A stretch of 64,000 nucleotides of DNA from the human T2T-CHM13v2.0 reference genome, Homo sapiens: the NCBI RefSeq assembly GCF_009914755.1, contig NC_060930.1. One strand, given 5' to 3'. A program made the position numbers and the translations under genes. Within the stretch, counting starts at the first letter, position 1; each line of letters begins with the position of its first letter. This document shows, piece by piece, positions 37,771-52,818 of the stretch. Below the pieces are notes generated by a model. It ran no database searches. It saw nothing but the letters and a program-made list of their open reading frames with translations, and had not been told where the DNA came from.

Positions 37771-39857
37771 GCTTTTCACCATCTTACCCCCACCTCTTAA
37801 TCCTAGAGATTGGCATTTGTATTTCTGAATGAGTGGACTATATCTCAGGTTTTCCTTTTATAGGCATACTGTAAAGCGGCATTCTAAAGCCTTATGGGAG
37901 ATGTACCTTCTAAAACTGAGCTTGAGCATATTTTTGTCTTAGGTGATGAGATTAGTGGAGATGCTGGGCTCTCGTGTAGTCCTGCCACACACAGACAGGG
38001 TCCCAGTGGACTCATGTCTTGTCTCACTGAATCTCATGCAAGGCAGGGCTACGTTAAGGCAAGGCTCTGATCAGGAGATGCTTAACCAGTGTCGTCACAG
38101 GGTGCTAGAGGTGGAAGGGCCTCATAGAGGTCACCAGTCTCACCTTAGTTTACTAGAAAAAGAGACCGAAGCTAAAAAAGATTGGGCAATGCTCAAGGAA
38201 ACACAACAAGCTATTATCATAACTGAAATTTGCACCTGAGTGCCCCCACACTCCAGTGGCAGTCCATTGCTCTTTATGTCCAGCCCTGCCTCTGCTGTGG
38301 TATTTTCTCAGCCACTCAGCAACCACAGGGGGGCAGGCAGAGGCCAACAAGCTAAGACTCTCTTACTCCAAATGGGAACAAGTGGATATGGAAACCTGAC
38401 CATGGTATTTTTTTCTAAACTGTGGCTCTGTCACAGCAGGCTGACACCTCTTCCTCTTCTCCTTTTGGTTAGCTGCTCTGACCTACTTAGACCAAAGGAA
38501 TCTGAGTCTTTCCTTTGTCCCTACTCTTCTGTCTACCCCTGGGGTCTTACATATGCTTTCTCTAGTTTGGTTTTGCCTCTTCTCCATCTCACTACTCCTT
38601 GCTGCCTTAGCATTTGGGTATCTCAGGAACAAGGATTTAATATGTGTGTGTATGTGCACGTGTGTGTATATATGTGTATTTCCTAATGCTTATTCAGGAA
38701 AGGTCATTACATTAAAGGTTTAAGGAGGCAAAGTACAAAGGAAATCCAATAATCTATAATAAACATCCTGTGTAACTTTCACATTGGATATTCATGTATG
38801 CATTTGTATATGTATAGAAATTTTGAATACGGGTATTTATGCCAACAAATGGGTAAATGAGGTATGAAGTAAGATTGGGAGTGGAGGGAGATGTTGAACT
38901 GGAAGATACCTAACAATGTTTTCAGGAAAAAATTTTGTGATTCTTTTAAGTGATGGAATCCAGCAGGAAAAAACCTAAAAGTTTTCACTAGAGCTGTTTG
39001 ATGGTTTTTCTTTTGGTTAAAATGGAAATAAAAACTAGGCCAAACACTTTTTTTGTGGGAGTGGGGTGGTACTTGAGCTTGGGGTGTTTATCAGTTTTAT
39101 TCATCGCAGTGACAGGTTCCCTCTCCTCTCTTATAAACACTCCCTATACTAATTTATTAGCATAACATAAAGGACCTCCAGTGAAAGCTTGCCCTTTGGT
39201 CTCTGACATAGAGAGATCGTCACAGCACTCCTCCACACAGAGGGAACATTTAATACACACTGAGATCCTTGATTGTCTTCCTTGGTCCTCATCAGGGTCC
39301 AGCATTAAAGGCAATTGAACACATTTCCAGAGTGTGCCTTCCAGTGTCCAAAATTAGTGTCACAACTAAGTTTACATTTGTGACAAGATCAAATGTTATA
39401 GGATTTATAATAATTCATTATAATTACGTATAGCTAATATCTTCAGACAAATTGGCTAAGACGTGTTTAAAGGGTTCAAAAGGAAAACAGAAAAAACCCA
39501 ACTTTAAGAACCTAAAATAGTCCCATAATTTACACAAGATTACAAAATTGATAAATGCTTAATAGAAATTAGAAATGTCCTTTGAATATTAAAATATTCT
39601 TTAAAAGTTTAATTATAGCCCTATAAGAGAACATATATGATAATTGTTAAAAAAACCTTAAAATTTTAGAGATAGGCAAAAATGCAAACAGAGCTTAAGA
39701 ACAGTTCTAAAGACATTAAAAAAGGCACTAAGAGTTCAACAATCTGATTATTTGATTTGAGCATCAAGTGAATGGGTTTTAGGAGGAAAGGCAAGACTGA
39801 AAAACTCTCTCAAGTGTACAGATGAAAAGCCACGAATGTAATGCTACTTACATTTGA

Positions 39858-40170
<313 letters not shown>

Positions 40171-40288
40171 ATATTTGACATTTCTTTTGATAATTCTTTT
40201 GCTTGTCTTCCATCTGTCCCCCCTTTCATTCTTGACAGGCGATATCAAACCTTCAACATCCTCTATGCCTCTACCAACTTCCAGTGGT

Positions 40289-40766
40289 TGTAGTAGGAAA
40301 AAAAAATGGCCCCCTAAAAATGTCCACATTATAATCCCTGATCATGTGAATGTGTTAGGTTATGTTATAGCAAAAGGGAATTAAAGTTGTAGATAGAATT
40401 AAGGCTGCTAATCACGTGACTTTGAAAAGGGGAGACTGATCCTTATAAGTGGAAGAGGGAGGCACATGAGACAAAACCACAGAGACGGCAATATGAGAAG
40501 GCCTTGGCCTCATGCTACTGGCTGCGAAGATGGAGAAATGGGGTCATGAGTCAAGAAATATGAGTAGCTCTGAAGTTGGAAAGGCAAGAACACAGATTCT
40601 GTCCCAGATCCCCAATGAAGAGATTCAGACTTGCCAACACCTTGCTTTAAACCCAGTGAGCTCCATGACAAATTTCTCACCTATAGAGCTGTAGGATAAT
40701 AAATGTATTGTTTCAAGTCACTATGTTTGTGGCAACTTGTTAGAGTAGCAAAAGGAAATAAATATA
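40289..40766 (+). mobile_element. MLT1D MaLR solo LTR
   Basis: tgtagtagg...atggcccc...gcaaaagggaattaaagttgtagatagaattaaggctgctaatc; perfect TSD GTGGT (40284-40288, 40767-40771). Confidence 0.88.
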
Positions 40767-40804
40767 GTGGTCTTCAAATATTTTTGCTAAGACAATGCAA
40801 AAAA

Positions 40805-41008
40805 ATTTTTGTTTTTTGAGACAGGGTCTTGCTCTGTCACCCAGGCTGGTATGCAGTGGTGCAATTTTGGCTTGCTGCAACCTCCACATCCGGCTCCAGC
40901 GACCCTCCCACCTTAGCCTCTTGAGTAGCTGCAATTACAGGTGTGCACCACCATGTCTGGCTTTTTTTTTTTTTTTTGTAGAGATGAGGTTTTACCATGT
41001 TGCCCAGG
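40805..41008 (-). mobile_element. Truncated AluJ
   Basis: Right arm plus partial left arm, antisense. Confidence 0.8.
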
Positions 41009-41352
41009 CATCAAAGAAATTTTGAACAAACACATACCTCTTCAAGTTTTCATGCAAATATCTAAAATTTTTTCAACGTAAGTTTAAATAGTTGAAAAGG
41101 ATGTGATTTTGGTGCATAGATATATTGTGTTTAAAACCTAAACCTAAAAGAAAAAGAATAAGAAGGAGTAAAAAAGCCTTACAAGATTTATAAGCCAGCA
41201 TCAAAGGAACAAATATTTGAGCTACAGGAATTAAAGAAGGAGAAGAGAGAAACAAAGGGTTAGAAAACTTATTTAAAGGAATAATAGCAGAACACATTTC
41301 AAACTTGGAGATATAAATATCTAGGAACAGGAAGGTCAAAAATGTCCAATCA

Positions 41353-41649
41353 GGCCGGGCATGGTGTCTCACTCCTGTAATCCCAGCACTTTGGGAGGCC
41401 AAGGTGGGTGGATCACGAGGTCAGGAGATCAAGACCATCCTGGCTAACATGGTGAAACCCCGTCTCTACTAAAAATACAAAAAATTAGCCGGGTGTGGTG
41501 GTGGGCACCTGTAGTTCCAGCTACTCAGGAGGCTGAGGCAGGAGAATGGCTTGAACCTGGGAGGCGGAGCTTGCAGTTGAGCCAAGATCGCACCATTGCA
41601 CTCCAGCCTGGGTGACAGAGAGAGACTCCATCTCAAAAAAAAAAAAAAA
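41353..41649 (+). mobile_element. AluY/AluSc8-type
   Basis: gatcacgaggtcaggagatc, ggctaaca and ggagcttgcag features; TSD gtccaatca. Confidence 0.88.
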
Positions 41650-43103
41650 GTCCAATCAGATTTAATCCAATTCCAAGACCACAACAAGATATATTAAAAT
41701 TGAATTGTAAAATATCAAAGACAAAAGAGAGGATCCTGAAAGCAGCAAGAGAAAACAAGCAAGTCACTTATAAAGGAGGTCCAATAAAGCTAGCAACAGA
41801 CTTCTCAACAGGAGCCTTACAAGCCAGGATAGAGGAGGATGATATATTCTGAGTGCTTAAGAAAAAAAGAAAAAAACCTGTCAACCAAGAATAATGTATC
41901 CGGCAAAGCTATCCTTCAGAAATGAAGGATAAAAGCCTTTCTCAGACAGACAAAAGCTGAGGGAGTTCATCACCCCAGACCAGTCTTAAGAAATGTTAAA
42001 GTGGCTAATTAGCATCCCTTTCTTCCAGTTTAAAGAATACGAGAATAGTAAGTCCTTACCTGCCAATAATTACCTGGCATATCCAATCAAAAGACACAGA
42101 GTGACTTAGTAGATTAAAAAAAGGACCCAACTATATGCTACTTACAACAGACTCACTTCAACCTTAAGTGCACACATAGATTGAAGCAAAGGGATAGAAA
42201 AAGATATTCTATGCAAATAGAAACCAAAAGAGAGCAGGAGTAGTTATACACATATCAGATAAAATAGAGAGTTAAAAGCTGTAAAAAGAAACAAAGGAGG
42301 TTATTATATAATGATAAAGGAGTCAATTCAGGAAGAGGGTATAACAATTATAAATATATATACACCCAACATCAGAACACCTAAATATATAAAGCAAATA
42401 TTAATAGATCTGAAGGGAGAGAGATATTTTTATAAAATAGTAACAGACATCAACAACCCACTTTCAGCAATAAATAGATTATCCAGCCACAAGAAATTAA
42501 TATAGAAACATTGAAAGTAAATGACCCTATAGACCAAATGGACCTAAAAGACATATACAGAACACTGCATCCAACAGCTGCAGAATACACATTCTTCTTA
42601 ATTGGCATGGCACATTCTCCAGGATAGATCAGATAGATCATATGGTAGGACACAAAATAAGTCTTAATAAATTTAAAGATTGAAATTGTATCAAACATCT
42701 TTTCTGACCACACTGGTATAAAACTAGAAATAGTAACAGAAGTTTTGGAAAATTCAAAAATTAATCAATATGCTCCTGAATAACCAATGGGTCAAAGAAG
42801 AAATTGAAAGGGAAATTAAAAAACATCTTGAGACAAGTGAAAATAAATGAACAATATATAAAATCTTCTGAAATACAGCAAAAGCAGTTCTGAAAGGGAA
42901 GTCTATCGCAATGAATGCCTACATCAAAAAAGAAGAAAAATCTCCAAAAAACTACACTACACCTCAAGGAACGAGAAAAAGGAGAACAAACTAAGCCCCA
43001 GAATTAGTCAAAGGAAGGAAATAATGATCAGAGCAGAAATAAATAAAATAGAGACTAGAAAAACAATAGAAAAGATCAATGAAGATAAAAGTTAATTTTT
43101 TAA

Positions 43104-43582
43104 TCCTTTCCCCATCTGCCTCAAGAAAATTTCCCAGTGGCACTTGCAGCTGCAGAGTTTATCCAGAGATAACTGCCATGACATATCTTGCTTTTATTAT
43201 TATTTTTGCATTACTCTAGTATATCAACTTTGGAAACAAAAGACATCATTCTATTTTAGCAGTGATTTTCCATTTACAAAATATGGTAATGCTCAATTGC
43301 TGAAAATGTCTAATCCTAGAAAACATAGCATTACTATACATGATGTTAGGGTCATTTTCAGTTTTTATTTCATGAATCAGATTTTTCTAAAATAGATGAT
43401 TCTGATGATTCAGAAAGTTCTGATGTTAGTTCTGTTTAGAAATAACTCCAAGAAAAGTTTTTGTATTTCATTTTCACATTGAAAATTAGTCAGATTTACT
43501 TCAGCTTCAAAGAGGGTACTTATGTAAAATTAAATGAGTGCTGGCAGCAAGTGGTACTTTTTTTTCCTAATTGAGCAAAGGG
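43104..43582 (+). mobile_element. MER75 piggyBac-family non-autonomous DNA transposon
   Basis: TTAA TSD at 43100-43103 and 43583-43586; termini tcctttccc...aaaggg; internal ctctagtatatcaactttggaaacaaaagacatcattc. Confidence 0.85.
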
Positions 43583-44205
43583 TTAAAAAGAGAAGCAAAA
43601 TTGACAAATCTTTAGCTAGATTAAGAAAAAAAAAAAAACCTGAGGACTCAAAATGAGTAAGAGGGAGAGATCACAACTGATATCACAGAAATACAAAAAA
43701 TTATAAAAGACTACTCTGTATAATTATATCTCAACAGATTAGATAGCCTAAAAGGAATGAATAAATTCTTACACATATTCAACCTACCATGAAATAGAAA
43801 ATCTGAACAGATCAATAACAAGTAAGACTGAATCAGTAATAGAAAGTGTTCCCTCAATGAAAAGCCCATACCTTGATGGATTCCTAACTGAATTCTGACA
43901 ATCACTTGAAGAAAACCTAATTCCAATCCTTCTCAAAATCTTCCAAAATATTGAAGAAGAGGAAATATTTCCAAACTTTTTACAAGGCCAGCATTACCCT
44001 GATACTAAGGCCAGACAAGGATACTACAAACAATAAAATTACACGTCAATATCTCTGATGAACATAAATGTGAACATTCTTAACAAAATACTAGCAAATC
44101 ATATTCAACAGCACATTAAAAGGTTCATTCACCTTGAGCAACTGAGATTTATCCTAGGAATATAAGGATGGTTCAACACATGCAAATAATAAATATGGCA
44201 CATCA

Positions 44206-47200
44206 GGAGAGCTGGCAAGATGGCCAAATAGGAACAGTTCTGGTCTGCAGCTCCCAGCGAGATTGATGCAGAAGGTGGGTGATTTCTGCATTTCCAACTG
44301 AGGTATCCAGTTCATCTCACTGGGACTGGTGGGACAGTGGGTGCAGCCCACGGAGGGCAAGCTGAAGCAGGGTGGGGTGTGGCCTCACCCGGGAAGCTCA
44401 AGGGGTTGGGGGATTTCCCTTCCCTAGTCAAGGGAACTTGTGAGAGACTGTATCAGGAGGAATGGTACAATGTGGCCCAGATACTGTGCTTTTCCCATGG
44501 TCTTCGCAACCAGCAGACCAGGAGATTCCCTCTGGTGCCTGGCTTGGTGGGCACCACCCTCACAGAGCCTAGCAAGCTAAGATCCACTGGCTTGAAATTC
44601 TTGCTGCTAGCACAGCAGTCTGAGGTGGAACTGGGATGCTCAAGCTTGGTGGGGGGAGGGGCACCTGCCAATGCTGAAGCTTGAGTAGGCTGTTTTACCC
44701 TCACAGTGTAAACAAAGCTGCTGGGAAGTTCGAACTAGGTGGAGACCACTGCAGCTCAGCAAGACCAACAGCCTCTCTAGATTCCTCCTCTCTAGGCAGG
44801 GCATCTCTGAAAAAAAGGCAGCAGCCCCAGTGAGGGACTTATAGATAAAACCCCTATCTCCCTGGGACAGAGCAAATGGGGGAAGGAGCGGCTGTGGGCA
44901 CAGCTTCAGCAGACTTAAACATCCCTGCCTGACAGCTCTGAAGAGAGCAGTGGATCTCCCAGCACAGCGTTCAAGCTCTGATAAGGAACAGACTGCGTCC
45001 TCAAGTGAGTCCCTGACCCCTGTGTATCCTGACTGGGAGACACTTCCTAGTAGGGACCAAAAGATCCCATATAGAGGAGACTTCCGGCTGGCATCTAGCA
45101 GGTGCCCCTCTGGGATGAAGCTTCCAGAGGAAGGAATAGGCAGCAATCTTTGCTGTTCTTCAGGCTCTGCTGGTGATATGTAGGCAAAGAGGGTCTGAAA
45201 TGGACCCCCAGCAGACTCCAGCAGACCTGCAGCAGAGGGGCCTGACTGTTAGAAGGAAAACTAACAGAAGGGAATAGTAACATAAACATCAACAAAAAGT
45301 ATGTCCACTCAGAGACCCCATAAAATGTCACCAATATCAAAGACCAAAGTTAGGTAAATCCATGAAGATGGGGAGAAACCAGTGCAAAAAAGCTGAAAAT
45401 TCCAAAAACCAGAATGCCTTTTCTCCTCCAAAGGATCACAACTTGCCAGCAAGGGAACAAAACTGGATGGAGAATGAGTTTGACAAATTGCCAGAAGTAG
45501 GATTCAGAAGGTGGGTAATAACAACCTCCTCCAAGCTAAAGGAGCATGTTCTAACCCAAAGCAAGGAAGCTAAGCACCTTGAAAAAAAGGTTAGAGGAAT
45601 CGCTAACTAGAATAACCAGTTTAGAGAAGAACATAAATGACCTGACGGAGCTGAAAAACACAGCATTAGAACTTCGTGAAGCATACACAAGTATCAATAG
45701 CTGAATTGATCAAGTGGAAGAAAAGATATCAGAGAGTGAAGATCAACTCAATGAAATAAAGTGAGAAGACAGGATTAGAGAAAAAAAGAGTGAAAAGAAA
45801 TGAACAGAGCCTCCAAGAAATAAGGTCTATGTGAAAAGACCAAATCTACATTTGATTGGTGTTCCTGAAAGTGATGGGGAGAATGGAACCAAGTTGGAAA
45901 ACACACTTCAGGATATTATCCAGGAGAACTTCCCCAACCTAGTAAGGCAGGCCAACATTCGAATTCAGGAAATACAGAGAACACCACAAAGATACTCCTT
46001 GAGAAAAGCAACCCCAAGACACATAATTGTCAGATTCACCAAGGTTGAAATGAAGGAAAAAATGGTAAGGGCAGTCAGAGAGAAAGGTCAGGTTACCCAC
46101 AAAGGGAAGCCCATTAGACTAACAGTGGATATCTCAGCAGCAACCCTACAATCCAGAAGACAGTGGGGGCAATATTCAACATTCTTAAAGAAAAGAATTT
46201 TCAACCCAGATTTTCAACCCAGCCAAACTAATCTTCATAAGCAAAGAAGAAATAAAATCCTTAACAGACAAGCAAATGCTGAGAGATTTTGTCACCACCA
46301 GGGCTGCCTTACAAGAGCTCCTGAAGGATGCACTAAACATGGAAAGGAACAACTGGTACCAGCCACTGCAAAAACATACCAAATTGTAAAGACCATCAAC
46401 ACCATGAAGAAACTGCATCAACTAATGGGCAAAATAACCAGCTAGCATCATGATGACAGGATCAAATTCACACATAACAGTATTAATCTGAAATGTAAAG
46501 GGGCTAAATGCCCCAATTAAAAGACAAAGACTGGCAAATTGGATAAACAGTCAAGACTCCTCGGTGTGCTGTATTCAGGAGACGCATCTCATATGCAAAG
46601 ACACACATAGGCTTAAAATAAAGGGATGGAGGAATATTTACCAAGTAAATGGAAAGAAAAAAAAAAGCAGGGGTTGTAATCCTAGTCTCTGATAAAACAG
46701 ACTTTAAACCAACAAAGACAAAAAAAGCCCAAGAAGGGCATTACATAATGGTACAGTGATCAATGCAACAAGAAGAGCTAACTATCCTAAATATATATGC
46801 ACCCAATACAGGAGCACCCAGATTCATAAAGCAAGTTCTTAGAGATCTACAAAAAGACTTAGACTCCTACACAATAATAGTGGGAGACTTTGACATCCCA
46901 CTGTCAATATTAGACAGATCAATGAGACAGAAAATTAATAAGGATATCCAGGACTTGAACTTAGCTCTGGACCAAGTGGACCTAACAGACATCTACAGAA
47001 CTCTCCACCCCAACTCAACAGAATATACATTCTTCTCAGCACTACATTGCACTTATTCTAAAATTGACCACATAATTGGAAGTAAAACACTCCTCAGCAA
47101 ATGCAAAAGAATGGAAATCATAACAAACAGTCTCTCAGACCACAGTGCAATTAAATTAGAACTCAGGATTAAGAAACTCACTCAAAACCACACAACTACA

Positions 47201-50200
47201 TGGAAACTGAACAACCTGCTCCTGAATGACTATTGGGTAAATAACAAAATTAAGGCAGAAATAAAGATGTTTTTCAAAACCAATAAGAACAAAGACACAA
47301 CATACCAGAATCTCTGGGACACAGCTAAAGCAGTGTGCAGAGGGAAATTAATGGCACTGAATGCCCACAAGAGAAAGCAGCAAAGATCTAAAATTGACAT
47401 CCTAGCATTAAAATTGAAAGAACTAGAGAAGCAAGAGCAAACAAATTCAAAAGCTAGCAGAAGACAAGAAATAACTAAGATCAGAGCAGAACTGAAGGAG
47501 ATAGAGACACAAAAACCCCTTCAAAAAAATCAATAAACTAGGAGCTGGTTTTTTGAAAAGATCAACAAAATAGATAGACTGCTAGCCAGACTAAGAAGAA
47601 AAGAGAGAAGAATCAAATATCAAATAGATGCAATAAAAAATGATAAAGGGGATATCACCACTGATCCCACAAAAATACAAGGTACCATCAGAATACATAA
47701 ATACCTCTACACAAATAAACTAGAAAATGTAGAAAAAATGAGTAAATTCCTGGACACATACACCCTCCCAAGAATATACCAGGAAGAAGTCAAATCCCTG
47801 AATAAACCAATAACAAGTTCTGAAATTGAGGCAGCAATTAATAGCCTACCAACCAAAAAAAAGTCCAGGACCAGACGGATTCATAGCTGAATTCTACCGG
47901 AGGTACAAACAAGAGCTGGTACCATTACTTCTGAAACTATTCCAAACAATAGAAAAAGAGGGAATCCTCCCTAACTCATTTTATGAGGCCAGCATCATCC
48001 GATAACAAAACCTGGCAGAGACACAACAAAAAAAGAAAATTGTATGCCAATATCAGTGATGAACATCGATGTGAAAATCCTCAAGAAAATGCTGGCAAAC
48101 TGAATGCAGCAGCACATCAAAAACCTTATCCACCACGATCAAGTCGGCTTCATCCCTGGGATGCAAGTCTGGTTCAACATACACAAATCAATAAACATAA
48201 TCCATCACATAAACAGAACCAACTACAAAAACCACATGATTATCTCAATAGATGCAGAAAAAGCCTTCAATAAAATTCAACACCAATTCATGCTAGAAAC
48301 TCTCAATAAACTAGGTATTGATGAAACATATCTCAAAATAATAAGAGACATTTATGACCAACCGACAGCCGATATCATACTGAATGGGCAAAGACTGGAA
48401 GCATTCCCTTTGAAAACTGGCACAAGACAGGGATGCCCTCTCTCACCACTCCTATTCAACATAGTACTGGAAGTTCTGGCCGGGGCAATGAGGAAAGATA
48501 AAAAAATAAAGGGCATTCAATTTGGAAAAGAGGAAGTAAAATTGTCTCTGCAGATGACCTGATTGTATATTTAGAAAACCCCATCGTCTCAGCCCAAAAT
48601 CTTAAGCTGATAAGCAACTTCAGCAAAGCCTCAGGATACAAAATCAATGTGCAAAAATCACAAGCATTCCTATATGCCAATAATAGATAAACAGAAGGCC
48701 AAATCATGAGTGAACTCCCATTCACAATTGCTACAAAGAAAATAAAATACCTAGGAGTACAACTTACAAGGGACGTGAAGGACCTCATCCAGGAGAATAA
48801 CAAACCACTGCTCAAGGAAATAAGAGGACACAAACAAATGGAAAAACATTACATGCTCATGGATAGGAAGAATCAATATCGTGAAAATGGCCATGCTGTC
48901 CAAAGTAATTTATAGATTCAATGCTGTTCCCATCAAGCTACCATTGACTTTCTAAACAGAACTAGAAAAAACTACTTTAAATTTCATATGGAACCAAAAA
49001 AGAGCCCACATAGCCAAGACAATCCTAAGCAAAAAGAACAAAGCGGAGGCATCATGCTACCTGACTTCAAACTATACTACAATGCTACAGTAACCAAAAC
49101 AGCATGGTACTTGAACAAAAAGAGATATACAGACCTATGGAACAGAATAGAGGCCTCAGAAATAACACCACACATCTACACCCATCTGATCTTTGACAAA
49201 CCTGACAAAAACAAGCAATGGGGAAAGGATTCCCTATTTAATAAATGGTGTTGGGAAAACTGGCTACCTGTATGCAGAAAGCTAAAACTGAATCCCTTCC
49301 TTATGCCTTATACAAAAATTAACTTAAGATGGATTAAAGACTTCAATGTAACACCTAAAACCATAAAAACCCTAGAAGAAAACCTAGGCAATACATTTTA
49401 GGAGATAGGCATGGGCAAAGACTTCATGACTAAAACACCAAATGGCAACAATGGCAGCAATGGCAACAAAAGCCAAAATAGACAAATGGGATTTAATTAA
49501 ACTAAAGAGCTTCTGCACAGCAAAGAAACTATCATCAGAGTGAACAGGCAACCTACAGAAGGGAGAAAATTTTTGCAATCCATCCATCTGACAAAGGGCT
49601 AATATCCAGAATCTACAAAGAACTTAAACAAATTTACAAGAAAAAACCACCCCATCAAAAAATAGGTGAAGTATATGAACAGACACTTCAAGAGAGTTAT
49701 GCAACCAACAAACATATGAAAAAATGCTCATCATCACTGGTCATTAGAGAAATGCAAATCAAAACCACAATGAGATACCATCCCATGCCGGTTAGAATGG
49801 CGATCATTAAAAAGTCAGGAAACAACAGATGCTGGAGAGGATGTGGAGAAATAGGAATGCTTTTACACTGTTGGTGGGAGTGTAAATTAGTTCAACCATT
49901 GTGGAAGACAGTGTGGTGATTCCTCAATGATCTAGAACTAGAAATACCATTTGACCCAGTAATCTCATTACTGGGTATATACCCAAAGGATTGTAAATTA
50001 TGCTACTATAAAGACACATGCATATTTATGTTTAATGTAGAAATATTCACAATAGCAAAGACATGGAACCAACCCCAATGCCCATCAATGTTATACTGGA
50101 TAAAGAAAACGTGGCATATATACACCATGGAATACTAAGCAGCCATAAAAAAGAATGAGTTCATGTTTTTTACAGGAACAGGGATGGAGCTGGAAACCAT

Positions 50201-50542
50201 CATTCTCAGCAAACTAACACAGGAATAGAAAACCAAACACTGCTTGTTCTCACTCATAAGTGGGAGTTGAACAATGAGAATACATGTGCACCAGGAGGGG
50301 AACATCTCAAACCGGGGCCTGTCGGGGGAAGGCGGGCAAGGGGAGGGATAGCATTAGGAGAAATACCTAATGTAGATGATGGGTTGATGGTTGCAGCAAA
50401 CCACTGTGGCCCATGTATACCTGTGTAACAAAACTGAACATTCTGCACATGTACCCCAGAACTTAAAGAATTAAAAAAAAAGAAAAAAGTATAATAAAAA
50501 AGAAATAATATACTTTATAATAAAGTATAATAAAAAAAGAAA
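44206..50542 (+). mobile_element. Full-length LINE-1, L1PA7/L1PA8-type, ORFs disrupted
   Basis: Starts ggagagctggcaagatggcc; complete 5' UTR; ORF1 pieces (45362, 45831); ORF2 pieces (46763 EN, 48104 RT, 49716 Cys); TSD aaatatggcacatca (44191-44205) / aaatattgtacatca (50543-50557). Confidence 0.93.
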
Positions 50543-51543
50543 AAATATTGTACATCACATTAACAGAACAGAATGAAGGTCAAAAAATATAATCTATAAA
50601 ATATAGTAGATGCAGCAAAAGCATTTGAAAAAATTCAACACCCTTTCATGGTAACTTTTAACAAAAACTTTTAACAAGTTTAGAAGGAATGCACCTCAAC
50701 ACAATAAACACCACATTTGACAAGCCCATTGCAAACATTATACTCATTGGTGAAAAGTTGAAATCTTTTCCTTTAAGATCAGGAACAAGACAAGGATCCC
50801 TCTCATCATCTCTTTTCAATATACTATTGAACTTCTAGCCAGAGAAATTAGAGAAGAGAAAGAAATAAAAGCATTCAAATTGGAAAAAAAGAAGGTAAAT
50901 TGGATCTGTTTGCCAATGAGATGATTTTATATATAGAGAACCCTAAGAATTCCCTTAAAAACTAATTAGTTAGAATAAATTCAGTAAAGTTGCAGAATAG
51001 AAAAATCAACATACAAAGAATCAGTAGCATTTCTATACATTAGGAATGATCAATCCAAAAAAAAAAAAAAAAAAAGGAAAAAGAAAAAAATCCTATTTGC
51101 GGTAGCTACCAAGAATTAAATACGTAGAAATAAATTTACCCAAGGAGGTGAAAGACATGTATACTGAAAACTCTAAAATACTGGTGAAATAAATGATGAA
51201 TACATAAATAAATGAAAAGCTATCCCATGTTCATGGAATTGAAGAATATTGTTAAAACATTCATACTATCCAAAGTGACCTGCAGAGTCAATGCAAATGC
51301 TATCACATAATAACATTTTTCACAGAAATAGAAATAAATCCTAAAAGTTATATGAAACCAGAAAAGACTCCTAATAATCAAAGTAATGTTGAGCAAAAAG
51401 AACAAAGCTTGACGTATTGTACTGTACTATCTGACTTGAGACTATACCACAAAGCCACAGTAATCAAAACAACATGGCACTGGCATAAAAACAGATACAT
51501 AGACCAATGGAACGCAACAGCAGGCACAGAAATATAACTACAC

Positions 51544-51755
51544 ATTTACAGTCAATGGATTTTCAATAAAGGTGCCAAGAAGAAACAATGGGGAAACATA
51601 ATATTTTCAATGAATGGTCTTAGAAAAACTGTATTTTCACATGCAGAAATATTTACAGTCAATGGATTTTTAATAAAGGTGCCAAGAAGAAACAATGGGG
51701 AAACATAATATTTTCAATGAATGGTCTTAGAAAAACTGTATTTCCACATGCAGAA
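51544..51755. repeat. 107-bp-period tandem duplication within the old L1
   Basis: atttacagtcaatggatt...cacatgcagaa starts at both 51544 and 51651, with two substitutions. Confidence 0.93.
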
Positions 51756-52154
51756 TAATTAAATTAGAAAAAAATATTACAGGCCCTATCTCATACCATA
51801 TATTTTTTCCTCCAAGATGAAAGATGAGGCTTTTAGTGAGCCTCAACCACTTGGAAATAACAAGGTAGTGCATAAAGTACAACTCTGTGAAAAATAACTG
51901 CATTTTTGATAAGGAAAATGGGAATCCACTGGAATTGTGAAGAACACTACAGACCCAGGGGAGGAGAATGTGGGCAAACAGCTCCTGTGATGGTGTCCAG
52001 CTGATAAAAGTGAGTAAATTTCCATTAAGTGAGAGAGAAAGAGTGCCTCTCTCTGTGACTCACCCTTCCACTGAGAATCCAAGCAACCCAGAGGCTTGGA
52101 AGTGCTGAGAGGGAAAGACTTGGAAAAGCTGCAGGCATTTTCCTGTATCTGTGA

Positions 52155-52473
<319 letters not shown>

Positions 52474-52818
52474 CAAGATGCCATTTTTAATCTGAGTACA
52501 CACAAAGTTGACCATTCTTTGGCAACCTGGCAGCATGGCCATGCAGGCATTATAGTCTCAGGCCAAAGACTGAGGTGCTTATTCTGGAGCCAGGTAGGTG
52601 CCTCCACAGCCAGAAATGTGGAAATCATCTCAGCAGAAGGTGCTGGAATTGTGTTCTCCCTGGTCACAGTCCTGGGGTGGGAGGACAGCTGCTATGGCTA
52701 CAGTTTCTCCCAGGTGATGAGACTTGCAGCTATAGCCAGCATGGAGATCAAAACTGGTCATGTGTGTCATTGCTGGGTGCCCAGCCTGCTTCCCTGAGAT
52801 CATGGTGGAGTGGGACCC

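Noticed and set aside
46763-47536. 257-aa L1 ORF2 piece, or an active full-length L1
   Set aside because: The N-terminal endonuclease part is cut off by a frameshift and stop; ORF1 and RT are also broken, so the element is not retrotransposition-competent.
51544-51755. CRISPR-like or other repeat-spacer array
   Set aside because: Two abutting units of L1-derived sequence with no spacers, in a eukaryotic context.
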